A stretch of 62,594 nucleotides of DNA, filler included, from Perkinsus olseni (Eukaryota), in the NCBI GenBank assembly GCA_013115125.1. It is 3 parts of 3 records of this genome, joined end to end, with 100 filler letters (N's around TTAATTAATTAA, not from the genome) between each part and the next. Parts side by side here need not be neighbours in the genome. Positions count along the whole stretch, not along the records: positions 1 to 20,820 come from JABANN010000568.1; positions 20,921 to 41,714 come from JABANN010000569.1; 1 more part is not named here. One strand, given 5' to 3'. The notes under the pieces were generated by a model that was not told the origin of the DNA, made no database searches, and saw only the letters and a list, made by a program, of their open reading frames with translations. Position 1 is the first letter of the stretch, and every line of letters begins with the position of its first letter. The translations under genes were made by a program, and so were the position numbers. Shown in pieces: positions 12,638 to 23,850 of the stretch.

Positions 12638-15600
12638 ATGATAACATCATCGTCATACTGGCGAAGTGAAGGTGTTTATTTTTTCCCTTTGCCGGGCTGT
12701 TGCGTGGATGGTTTCGTGAACTGTCGAGTGCTTGGTCGTCTCAGCCATTACTCTTTTCACATTGTTATTATTAAAAATACACTGTCTAGTCCATCGGTGG
12801 GTTTTAGTGGCAGCGGCCCTCCACCAAGGGACAAGCGCCCAGGGCGTCTTCAATTTGAAGGGCTTTAACTCCACCAGCGTTGCTCCAGCTCCTTTTGGAG
12901 CCGACCAGGCCGCATTGGCCGTTCCGCCGCCAAGGCCGATTTCACCTCTGGATCCGTTTGGCACGCAGCCGGATGAGCATGATATAGTGGAGATGATAAA
13001 CGAGAACGGGACGGATCCAATTTCAGTGAGGAACTTGGAGCCAGGTAGTAGGCAAGAGGATGGACGAGGGGCTCATGTGGCGTGGCAGGGGAGAGCTGCA
13101 ATGACGACTGCCTGCACGCGAAGTTCGAGGCGTTGGAGAGGATGCAGCTGAGGCTCAACAGCTCACTGGAACCAGTAGGCGTCGCTGTGCTTGGGGCGGC
13201 TCAGCACTGGTTGTCCTGCAGGTCGCTGATCGGGGCTTTTTACATGAGGCCGCTTCTAGAGAGAAACTAACGGACTTCAAAGGGCGATTGTAGTAGTGGT
13301 GGGCGCCGCTTGGCCTCTACCCACTGGCGGTCAGGTTCAAGGTAGAGGACGTCATTGAAGGGAGAGGGGGCTCTGACGCGGGCCTGATTGGCAGGGTCAA
13401 TGAGGTCAAGCCCGCTGGGGTGTCCATAGGGAAACTGTTGGTGAGGGGCGACTCTGAGGATGCTGCTGCTGACGACTTCTTGGCGTTCAGGATACGACCA
13501 TGTCGAAGCTGTTCAGCAACCTGCAGGATCTCCAGAAGAACGGTGCACGGGAGATTAGGGTATCTAAGGAGAAGTACAAGGTGCAGATAGGATCGGTAGT
13601 AGCCGGGAGGGTGCCGGGGAGGAGGGGAGGGAAGGCAGCGCATCAGGTACAAGACTCGGTGAATGCTATGCTGAAGAGGATTGGGAATAGCATGGTGGTT
13701 AACAGTTATGCTCTGGAGGACACCATGGGCAAGCGGCTCAATGTAACTGTGTGCATCTTTGGTTGAAGCTTGATAGTCGTGGTAGGCTGCAACCAGTGGA
13801 GTGGCGGCAAGACAGCGTAGCTCGGTGAGGGATGCCAACGGCGTTGACAGGAAGATCTCGAAAGCAGGGGGAATGGTGAGGAAGCGTTGAAGTGGATCGG
13901 AAGCTGAGAGAAGCGGTCGTGATCAGGTGGATAAAAACACAGCACAGTTTACTGCTGGCCTAGACGACGCTGCGGATGATATTAAGAAACTGCTCTCGAA
14001 GGGCAGAGTCAGTATCAGGAAGTTCAACACGTAGGAGGACAGCGGCAGTGTGGGGAGTCTACTGGACTTTGGCGTCTATGCAGGGACCTTCTGAAGGACT
14101 TGGATCGGATGACGTCAAGGGAGAGGGCGTTGCTTGGTCAGAGAGTCAAGGCAGCCAAGCATGCCGAGGAGATCAGAGTCGAGCAGGCGGCCAGGCAGAT
14201 GCAAGGCAGACTCTCTCAGTCCAGTCAGGTGAGCCATCGGTTCGGCGACGGGAAAGTTGCCGACGCGGTATCATACAGCCACCTACCTTCTCCGCTCTTA
14301 ATTGGGTTCTATCAGCCATTCTGATGATTCTGCTAATTTCAGTTTTTCAACTCCCTCACTGCCGACGCACAGAAGAATTTTACAGCGGAGATCGCGGCCG
14401 CTGGCATTGGTCTGGAGGGAGTCAACAAATTGACGGACAAGGCCCTCAGCGATCTGTTCGAGCGGATGGAACACGGAGTTGGTCGCCTCTCACGGGAGGA
14501 CGCCAGGGCGGTGCTAGCTCAGCACAAAATCGCCGTAGAGCTTCAGAAGGACATATCCCTCCAAGAGGAGCTCACCAAACGCATGAGCTCGTCTGATGCT
14601 GATGCCCTGTCGAAGATTCGAGAGGCTCTGGGACAGGACTCGGCCACTGCGGAGAAAGTGCTGATGTTAATGGCGAAGAGTCTCGAAGGGGAGACGCGTC
14701 ACGAGGCCAGCAGCATCGAGGCTGACTTGGCCGCGGTCGCCTTGAAGAGCAGACAGGGGGCTCTCGCCTTTGAGCAGGCGTTGGGCGGCGACACGGCGAA
14801 GCTTCAACACTCTATACGAGAGCTAGAGGTCAAATTGAGTCCCCAGATGGACGGGGCGGGTAAGGCGCTGCGAGACTCTGAGGGTGTGGTAGAGGGGAAC
14901 TTGAGGGACATGGTATTCCGAAAGGAGGGTTCATTGAAGGGGATGAGCCGGGGCGTCACCGGTCATATCAGCGGGATTGGGCGTGAAGCGGCTAAGTCCA
15001 AGAGGGCGAGGATTGAACGGGGGAAGGAAACTCTGAAGGGAATCATGGTGAGACTAGGGGGTGATTGATGTTCTCACCGAATTTCTTCACGACTTCTCGC
15101 GCGCCGCGAAATTATGTCGGTCTTGCTTTCTCAGGAAGAGCTGTCTGTTGAGAAGTCGAGTGATCTTCACGAGCTTTTGGGCGATCTACAGAAAGACGAA
15201 CGCGCCCATAATGAGCTGCTCGCGCTCATCGGGGGATCCTCAGTGGTCTCCCTCAAGGCGATACGCCACCTCGCTACGGCGATAAGGGGAACGGGCACCG
15301 CCCTTGGCAGCGGTACCGCAGGGATGGACAGGCTGAAGAACGGTCTCATGAAACTGGCAGGGAGAGGGGATAGGGAATTAGGGTAGGCATTTCGTGGCGC
15401 GCGGTCAACCGGGCTGGGAGGAGCCTGCCACTTCCCTTTTCAGGGCGCTGTCGACGCTTCTGACGCAGATGGCAGCACGCAATGAGGCGGCTCTGAAGAC
15501 TCAATGGGCTCAGTGAGTTCTGCCAGGATCAACCTTGGATTCTTCTCATATGCGGTCCAATACAGGTCCACTATGGAGTTCGACGAATCCCGAAGGGATG

Positions 15601-18360
15601 TCGGTGCTCTGCTGCATCGCATGGTGAAGGAAGCCAAGGGGAACACTACAGTAGGATGCTTGGCCAAGGGTCGCCCGTTCAGCACATGTTTCAGGCTAAG
15701 ATACCTGAGCTGCTGCGAGCCTTCGTCAAGGAGGTCCAGGGCATCGAAGCTAGCACGGCTGACATCAGGGCCATCGTGGCTGCCTCGGATGATGATGTCC
15801 AAAGACTGGGTAGGGACGGTGACTCTTGTCTTTTTCGCCGAGGCGTTTGACTGACAGGTGCGAAGCTCCGAGCCAATCGAGCTGGCATAGAGATATCGAG
15901 GAATGAGCTGAAACAGACTATGGGAAGTCTATTACAACACGTGGATGCTTCCGACTCGAAGTAGCGACTCCCGCTAGGAGTGTATCAGGAAGGGAAGCTT
16001 CCCTTTAGATACCTCCTCGAGTTAGCCGACCAATCGGCCAAGTGGAGTCGCTACTCGTCGGACCAGATGAAGCACTACCTCGACACCGAGACCAAGGCCT
16101 TGGTCGACCACGCTGACATGCAGGGAGTCTCGGCCGACAGGATCGTAAGCTTGGGCTCCGGAGCGGGTGGGTCGAGCTAGGCGTCTCGTCGTGCAGTACA
16201 CTGCGTTGAGCAACATACAGCATAAGCTGTCCACCGGAGACGCTGTATTGGACGCGCGGCTCATGGCGGAGGAGTCGGAGCTGTCTAGGGAGTCCAAGGC
16301 GCACAAAAAAAAGATGATGGCGCTCGGCAAACACTTCATAGGTGACCACGTGGGCCAACTGGGGAAAGCCGGGACGTGCTGATGCAGATACCATCGGGGA
16401 GGACTCAGAGGAGGTCAAAGATCTGCACAAAAAACTATCGCGTGTGGTCGCCGAGAACGGCCGTGCGATCGATGAGGTCACGGGAGGGCTTCGTCACGGC
16501 CTTAGGAACATCACTGCTGCTTTGGTAGTGCTTGGAGGGCGGGCTCTTGGCGCTCGTCACGGCACGCACGCCCTGCAGGTCCGCAGCGCCTTGGGAGTGA
16601 AGCACCATTACCTCTATGGGCAAGAGGTTCTGAGGAAGCTGGTGGATCAGTTCAGAGCGGCCATGCGCATCGAAGAGCAGGCCGAAGAGGAACGGCGGAT
16701 AAAGCAGGTAAACAGCGGTGGCTGCACGCTGGTCGATCGTCGGCACTGGTGGATTCTTGTAATTCAGCATACCTACGTGATAACGCAGCTGCTCAAAGTG
16801 GCGAAGAGGCAGGAGAGTGAGAGGGCCAAAGCTGAGGGGAAGAGTGACCAGGTGAGTTGCCTTGGCATCGGGAGTTGCGGACATGGGTGATGATCGCTGA
16901 CTGTAGGCGCTGGAGCAGAATGCCCGCCAAGCACTAGGCGTAGCCGACATCCTTCGTAAGCTGATGGTGGCAACAGGGTAAGATGATTCCCATACAGTGA
17001 CTCGCCAGCTGTGTCCTTGCCAGGGCTGTTGACAATAGCCAGCTGAGTGGTGCTAGGGCTGCTGAGGGCGATATGGCCAACCTTACTCAGCGGACTGATG
17101 CAATCGTCGGTGATCTACGCAGTGACATCGCTAAGGGCATACAGGTAAAAATCTAGGAAGGGCAGGGGAGAGGCTAGGGCTTATGGGCTGGCATATCAGG
17201 AGACGCGCAAGGCCCACGAAGGCGAGGGAGATGAAGTTGGACATAATCTGAGGGGAAGCGTCGCTACCGCGGCTCGCAAGTCTGGTGAGACCCTCGGGAT
17301 GAGCCCTCAGTGGTCTCTATGACGGGCCCGCTGTATCTCAGGCAACCTTGATCACGAGATGTATGATATGTCGGTCCTGACTGCCCGCCAGGCTGGTAAG
17401 GTGCTCGACATTCACGCCGCTGTGGTCGTACATCATCGCTCTCAGCTAGTGATGCCTCGCACCTCTCTGAAAACGCGAGGGACCTCGACTCGGCAGCTGG
17501 CACGGTCGCCATGTTCGGCCATGTCAGTGGCAATGAGCTGCGTGCTCTTGCTCATCACGCACAGTAACGACACTCGTCCAACCTCGACCCTCTTGAGCGT
17601 TGTTCTCCCCTCAGCGCTTCCAATGAAGCGATGCATCGAGAGATAGCGCGGACGCACGGTGTTAACCTTGATCGTGTATCCCGGCTTGACGACGTCGTCC
17701 ACACCTTCGTCACGCTGACTGAAGGGTGGGTGTATCGAGCATCGTAGTGACAGTCGGCCATACACGGGCAGGTTCATAAACGAGACCAAGGATACGATGA
17801 ACGAGATCCACCATGAGATGAATGATGCCGCTCGGTTGTCATCGGAGCAGCTCTCCCATGCTTCGTGAGCTGATCGCTAGGCATGTTTGCCGTGACTCGG
17901 CCCGCAGGTTCCGAGAGACCGACGTAGCGAAGAGTGCTACGGCGAGAGCTCATGCGGTGAGCTGGTGTTTAGCGGAACGGGGAAGATGGAACTGTCTTTG
18001 TAGATCCTGCAAGCGCTCGAGGACCACAGGGCCACCTCTAAGACTATATCCGGCCAGCTGCGACGGAGACTCAATGAGCTCGAGGCTCTCAGCATCGAGA
18101 TGGACCGGAATCAAATGTGAGTTATGGCCTAAGCCCGAGAAGCAATCAACGGCTGGCTTGTTTCAGTGCGCAGCAGAACGGAGTGGAAGCGATGCTGGCC
18201 GACGCGCGAGAGAAGGTCGCGCAGTCACAGGGGGCCATCAAGAAGGGTGTGCATGATTGGATCAAGGTACCTCCTCTCATGTGAATCGTGTCGATTTCAC
18301 CACGGCCCTCAGGACGCTACTTCCCGCTACACGCAACAGCTGATCGATGCCCAACGATGA
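12638..18360 (+). CDS. Very large multi-exon alpha-helical/coiled-coil protein, possibly secreted
   Basis: Chain of in-frame exons rich in A/L/E/S/R with heptad-like character (e.g. ORF 14430-15068). A plausible first exon 12638-12671 and intron 12672-12789 give MITSSSYWRSEVHRWVLVAAALHQGTSAQG. The last exon ends ...LIDAQR* at 18360. Confidence 0.55.
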
Positions 18361-18425
18361 GGTATATCGAGGGAGCGTACGTGTCCCGTGCATGGCTATG
18401 CAAACATAGTTGAAGTTGTTGTTGA

Positions 18426-19160
18426 CTAACTTGTTACTGTTGCGTTCACGGGAGTGAACGCCGAATCTACACTGGTGTGCAAGGTCGTGAACTCCTTTGA
18501 AACATCGGTACCGGCGTTCTGGACGTGCTTATCCAAAGTGGTGAGAGTGGTCTCATCGAAGTCAACCTTGGGGGTGGCGTGAGAGAACCAGGGCATGATG
18601 GTGACACCAGCGTGACCACCAATAACAGGGACGGTGACCTTGTTAACATCGGACTTCGTCTCCTTGGCGACGAAGGTCTCGGCCCTGATGGTATCCAAAA
18701 GAGAGACACCAAGAACCTTGTTGGGGTTGAAGACACCGGCCTGCTTGTAGACCTCAGCGCAGGCGGGAACAATGGAGTTCACGGGGTTGGTGACGATGCA
18801 GAAGATAGCTTTGGGAGCGTACTTGGCGCAGGCCTTGGCGAGACCCTTGGCGATGCCAGCGTTGATCGCGAAGAGATCATCTCTGGTCATACCGGGCTTA
18901 CGAGGAACACCGGCAGTCATGACGATGAGCTTGCTACCAGTAAGGCAAGCCTCGAGCTCCTCCTCACCGGCGTAACCCTTAACCTCGGCGGGGGTGTTAA
19001 TGTGGCTCAAATCCTCAGCAACACCGGCGCAAGGAGTACGGGCCTGCTTGATATCGTAAAGAGCCAACTCAGAGATCTTCTGGTTGAGCTTCAAAAGAAG
19101 AGCGAGAGGTTGTCCGATACCACCGCAAGCACCGAGAAGAGCGACCTTGAATGATGACAT
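18426..19160 (-). pseudogene. MDH: Malate dehydrogenase (mitochondrial/bacterial-type), 3'-truncated tandem copy
   Basis: Motifs KVALLGACGGIGQPL, AGVPRKPGMTRDDLF, VTNPVNS, LDTIRA and IGGHAG. Identity with the second copy stops at 18501 (NAGTDV), followed by 24 unrelated codons and a stop. Confidence 0.85.
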
Positions 19161-20152
19161 GACTGATAAAAAAAACAAACTTATGTGTAGTAGATGATGA
19201 CGAAGAAACTGCGAATAAAGTACGAGCTAGCCATGAGCTTAGCTATATGAATCTTGGGCGACGGAGATACGCCCACGACACAGCCGAGCTTCATTGCACG
19301 AAGTTGACACTCGCTGGGATACCGGTTGGGATTCCTGAGACGAGCCTCGAACGGCTAGAGCGTCCTTGACATCACTGCAACGTCAAATAGGAGCACATCC
19401 AATGCCTGAGAGGTTCGCTTCCAATCCGTCGACAGTTCTCTAGCGAAAGCGCGGAAAGAAAGAACCTTCTCGGAGTTGCTCGTGATGAGACAAGTCTTCA
19501 CCACACGCACGCTAGTTTCGCGTTGACTACCGCGAGCTCGTCGCATATCCCGAGCCGGCGATGAAATACCCACTACACAAGAGCGGTTCTTGAGGAAGCA
19601 TCCGAAAATAAGGCAAGGATTCACTTTGTACGGAATAACCCTTTCCAGCAGTTTTACTCCGAACAAGCAAGCACAACCTCCCAGCTCTAGACATCAAGTA
19701 AGGAAAGTCTCTCAGCTATAGACATGAATGAAGGAGAGCCTACCCATCCACGACATCAGCGAGTAGAGTCTCCCCGCCCTAGACGTCAACGAGGCAGAGC
19801 CCCTCACACTGAAAGATTGAGGCCTAGGCACAGAATGCTAGGTATCAACTGGGCCCTACACAACCTAGTGGAACTCGTCTACTCTTTTGAAAAGAGGCTC
19901 GTCACCATAGTATAGATTCTAGACTATAGAACAACTTCAGGTGGAGTCTGGTGCGTGGATACAAAACCTCCACCAGATCTCAATGAGAACTTCTCATGAA
20001 GGAATCTTAATTACTCTGCACACAACACAGAACATCGAAGTTTGGAGGAAACAATTCCCACACTTGAATATAGCTGCATAGCAAAAAGTTATAGGAGTGG
20101 GCGCATAAGAACAACAGCCCATCCCGCGCTCAGTTAGCGACGGGAAATCAAC

Positions 20153-20820
20153 TTACTCCTGCTTGTTGGCGAAGTCGATACCCCTCTGGATATCAACCTT
20201 CAGCTTGCCGATGACCTCCTGGAGTCTGCCGGACTCGTGATCGCTCAAGCCCTCGATGGGATGAACCTTGGAGACACCCTCAGGTCCGAAGTCACACAAG
20301 TAAGAGAAGAACTGAACATCACCGTAGGGGTGGTTGAAATAGGTAGAAGCGCTGGCTTGTTCGCCGTGCATGCCGCGGATGACGACCTCAACGAAGCGAG
20401 CGGCGGCGTAAGCCATGGCGAGGGTGGCAGATCCAGCACCAGCCTTGGCGTTCACAACATCGGTACCGGCGTTCTGGACGTGCTTATCCAAAGTGGTGAG
20501 AGTGGTCTCATCGAAGTCAACCTTGGGGGTGGCGTGAGAGAACCAGGGCATGATGGTGACACCAGCGTGACCACCAATAACAGGGACGGTAACCTTGTTA
20601 ACATCGGACTTCGTCTCCTTGGCGACGAAGGTCTCGGCCCTGATGGTATCCAAAAGAGAGACACCAAGAACCTTGTTGGGATTGAAGACACCGGCCTGCT
20701 TGTAGACCTCAGCGCAGGCGGGAACAATAGAGTTCACGGGGTTGGTCACGATGCAGAAGATGGCTTCGGGAGCGTACTTGGCGCAGGCCTTGGCGAGACC
20801 CTTGGCGATGCCAGCGTTGA
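20153..20820 (-). CDS. MDH: Malate dehydrogenase, second tandem copy (5' part lost in assembly gap)
   Basis: Near-identical to the first copy at a 1955-bp offset, but continues through VVNAKAGAGSATLAMAYA to ...GIDFANKQE*. Confidence 0.9.
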
Positions 20821-20920
20821 NNNNNNNNNNNNNNNNNNNNNNNNNNNNNNNNNNNNNNNNNNNNTTAATTAATTAANNNNNNNNNNNNNNNNNNNNNNNN
20901 NNNNNNNNNNNNNNNNNNNN
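20821..20920. other. Assembly gap with artificial six-frame stop spacer
   Basis: N runs flank TTAATTAATTAA; the same spacer occurs at the second gap. Confidence 0.97.

Positions 20921-20991
<71 letters not shown>
20921..20991. repeat. Poly-C homopolymer (71 nt) at contig edge
   Basis: Directly visible; abuts the gap. Confidence 0.9.
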
Positions 20992-20993
<2 letters not shown>

Positions 20994-21795
20994 GACTCAG
21001 CATCCAGGTCCCCATCTGTGACATCCCGGAGGATACTTGACTGATGATCAGTCACTGATCTGTAGACCTCTCCGTCACTGACACCATCAGTCTAACACCC
21101 GCTGGCAGGTAGGGCGCCTGATTATTCTCTCCTCGAAACTCGTCAGCAAGCTCGCGATGGCGTTTCTTGTAAGAGAGGCAGACCTGTACGCATCTTTGAA
21201 GATGAAGAAGGTGGTACGCTCAGAGTGACCTGGACTCTGCACTACCCGCGTAGGCGTTGATATTGATGGACTCTATCAATATTATCAATTGCTCACGACT
21301 CGCGTGCTCATTGCAGGTCGTTCAGAACGATTCCTGCTTGTCTGGTCTTGACTCCTTGATACGGAGCCGGATTGGTTTAGCCGATGGAGTAGCATATCAA
21401 TCAAAATAGATGCGGATCTGTGATTGTGTGGTCACACAATCCACTTGTCCCCTAGAGCTAGTAGCATTTGTTCCTGTTGTATTCATAAAAGATCAGGCTC
21501 TTATCAGTATTACCCTTGTCGAGTTCGGGTGAAAACAGGATCATCGCGTTTAATTGATGGTTGTTGGTCGAGGACATTCGGGTGGAATAATCTGTTCGCA
21601 TCGTCAGTCGAGTCGACTGAGTCGACGATGTCAGACTGGGGGCGAAAAATGCTCGTTCGGACCACCCGCCGGGACAGCCGAGTGGGTGGTCGAATAACCT
21701 GCATTGGCGTTCTTCATCAAAAGTTATCCCATAGAGGGAAGTCTGCCGGATCGCTCCGGGCAGCCCATGCTATTGGCCCAACACTGAAAGGAGTG

Positions 21796-23842
21796 TGTGA
21801 TGGTTGACACAATAATTGTCTACATTGTTCCTTATCGATCATTAGCTATGAGCTGTTCGTCTGTGCTACTCGTTCAGTCTGTTGCCATATCCACACCACA
21901 CTGCTTTGTCTTCGGAGTATCACACGTGGTGCCCAGACTATGGAACATAACAATAATAGTGGTGGAAACGATCAGCAGATCGGAGATACTGTTGAGCAAG
22001 TTGATAATGACCAGCAGGTCGAAGGTGATGAAAGAGGCTCAGGTGAACAGTCTGAGTATGAGTCGGTTCGTGAAGCGGACGACGGATTGAAAGAAGCGAG
22101 TAGCGGAGGCGAGCTTCAGGCTCGAATCCAAAACTTGCAGGAGGAGATAGTGAGATTGAGAGACTCCAAAAAAGAGTCGAGTTCGGAAATGAGTCGTGCC
22201 TTAGCTATCACGAGAGCTATCGTACCATACGACCCTCGAAAGCAGACTCTCGAAGAATGGAGAGCCAAGTTTGAAGGTAGAGCTAGATTGCTCAGACTCC
22301 ATTTCAAGGAGCTTCTAGAGTTTATGGGGCTATGTCTTACGGACAAAGCCTGGGATACCTATAATCGGCGACTGGTATATAATCCGACTGAGGAACCAGA
22401 ACGTACGTATTATGGCATTATTGCCGAATTGACAAAGCAATACAGTGAGAGCCCGAAACATGCCTTTAGCTCCCTTTGTAAGCTCAAGTATAAAGAAGAT
22501 ATATTCCGGCATTCGACGGAAATATACAGATTGACAAAGTTGGCATTTCCGAACATGGCGTCAGATGCGAGAGATCAAATCTGCGTTCAGGTTTTTTGGA
22601 AAAGTCTTCCGCTAGTACCGACGAGAGTCACTGCCTCAGAGGCAGTGACTCTCGTCGGTACTAGTTTTGATGGTCCCGATGAGGATGCCACAGAAGAGTC
22701 GAAGAAGGAGGACGGCGAGAACAAGGATGTATTAGTAACAGCAGCAGCACATTGGCCGTATTACGCCAAAGGAAAAGGCGGCAAGGGCAAAGGCAAAGGT
22801 TGGTATTCAAATTATGGTTACGGATATCAGAAAGGTTACGGTTCGAGGAAAGGTTATGGATATTCGAAAGGAAAAGGAAAAGGAGGCAAGGGCAAAGGAA
22901 AATACAAGCGCCGCATTTCCGAAGTCGACAATGACAATGAGGAGTCGGATATTAAAAAGCTAAAGGTAATAGAAACATCGGTATGGACCGATGAATGTGA
23001 GGTAGGACATCCGTCAAGATATGTAGATGTAGGTAACAAGCAGCTAAGTCGAGTACGAGCAGTTCTCGATACGGGAAGTTCAACCACATTGATATCGAAA
23101 AGAGTTGCTAATAGTATTGATAATAATAATGATAATGATGATGATTGTATTGTAGATCATAATAGTTATATAGTTAGCCTTACAGGCAATGTTAACGTTG
23201 TTCGTTATATTGATGTAGTGATCAATAATTGTGTTGCATTAAAATGTCCAGTAGTCAATACTGATGGGAGTGTAATAAGGATGAATGGTAAAGATGTAGA
23301 TATATTATTAGGAATGGACTATTGTAGTCATTATGAAACAATCGTATACAAAAATATAGTTAAGAATATGTCGAATTATCATGATATAATAATTAGTACG
23401 AAAGAGGTAGCAGTAGAATCGGTTGTGAGTGAAGATGTTCATTTGAAACATAGCGATTTTGATGCGATAAGAAAACATGGTAAATGGGAGATAGCTTGGA
23501 CATGGAAGCACGAACCGACAGAGAGGCAGCTTCGCCCCCCATTTTATGAGCAACAAATTGAAGCACTCACAACACAACAACGGCAATTATTTAAGGATGA
23601 AATAGCGTTATGGATCGAAAAGAAATACATCCGACCTTGTACGGAGCAATACGTACAAGCAACATATACGATAATGCCGCAGGTCCAAATGCATAAAGTG
23701 ACGACGCCAGTGCGTCCAGTATTGAATCTAAAACCATCAAATAACATCATTAAAAGCTTTCCGAACGAACAATCGGACCCATTGGCGTGTGGCAACACGC
23801 TGCGTAAGTGGCGATGCAAGTACGGACCAAAGACGTATCACA
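21796..23842 (+). mobile_element. Internally deleted LTR retrotransposon with 5-bp TSD (GAGTG)
   Basis: GAGTG at 21791-21795 and 23843-23847 flanks TGTGAT...GTATCACA. The 5' LTR (21796-21924) has inverted termini TGTGAT/ATCACA. A PBS-like TGGTGCCCAG starts at 21927, followed by a gag-protease-RT ORF with lower GC than host genes. Confidence 0.85.
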
Positions 23843-23850
23843 GAGTGTGA
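21940..23850 (+). CDS. Gag-protease-partial reverse transcriptase polyprotein (truncated)
   Basis: Gag-like helical region, aspartic protease motif VLDTGS with downstream ILLGMD, then RT N-terminus (KWEIAWTWK...KVTTPVRPVLN...CGNTLRKWR). The ORF ends before the RT catalytic aspartates. Confidence 0.85.
   Translation: MEHNNNSGGNDQQIGDTVEQVDNDQQVEGDERGSGEQSEYESVREADDGLKEASSGGELQARIQNLQEEIVRLRDSKKESSSEMSRALAITRAIVPYDPRKQTLEEWRAKFEGRARLLRLHFKELLEFMGLCLTDKAWDTYNRRLVYNPTEEPERTYYGIIAELTKQYSESPKHAFSSLCKLKYKEDIFRHSTEIYRLTKLAFPNMASDARDQICVQVFWKSLPLVPTRVTASEAVTLVGTSFDGPDEDATEESKKEDGENKDVLVTAAAHWPYYAKGKGGKGKGKGWYSNYGYGYQKGYGSRKGYGYSKGKGKGGKGKGKYKRRISEVDNDNEESDIKKLKVIETSVWTDECEVGHPSRYVDVGNKQLSRVRAVLDTGSSTTLISKRVANSIDNNNDNDDDCIVDHNSYIVSLTGNVNVVRYIDVVINNCVALKCPVVNTDGSVIRMNGKDVDILLGMDYCSHYETIVYKNIVKNMSNYHDIIISTKEVAVESVVSEDVHLKHSDFDAIRKHGKWEIAWTWKHEPTERQLRPPFYEQQIEALTTQQRQLFKDEIALWIEKKYIRPCTEQYVQATYTIMPQVQMHKVTTPVRPVLNLKPSNNIIKSFPNEQSDPLACGNTLRKWRCKYGPKTYHRV

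Noticed and set aside
12638-18360. Possible dinoflagellate-style GC/GA splice donors
   Set aside because: Each junction I examined could be resolved with a canonical GT donor.
20865-20876. TTAATTAATTAA palindrome inside both N-gaps
   Set aside because: Identical insert centred in each N run with stops in all six frames; an assembly linker, not biology.
20873-21055. Poly-Gly ORF or G-quadruplex from the poly-C run
   Set aside because: Homopolymer at a contig edge; length and reality unreliable.
21017-21436. Alternative LTR with TGTGAC...GTCACA termini (also TGTGAT at 21419)
   Set aside because: The 21017-21436 candidate has no PBS after it, and neither start has a matching TSD. The 21796 start is supported by the GAGTG duplication.
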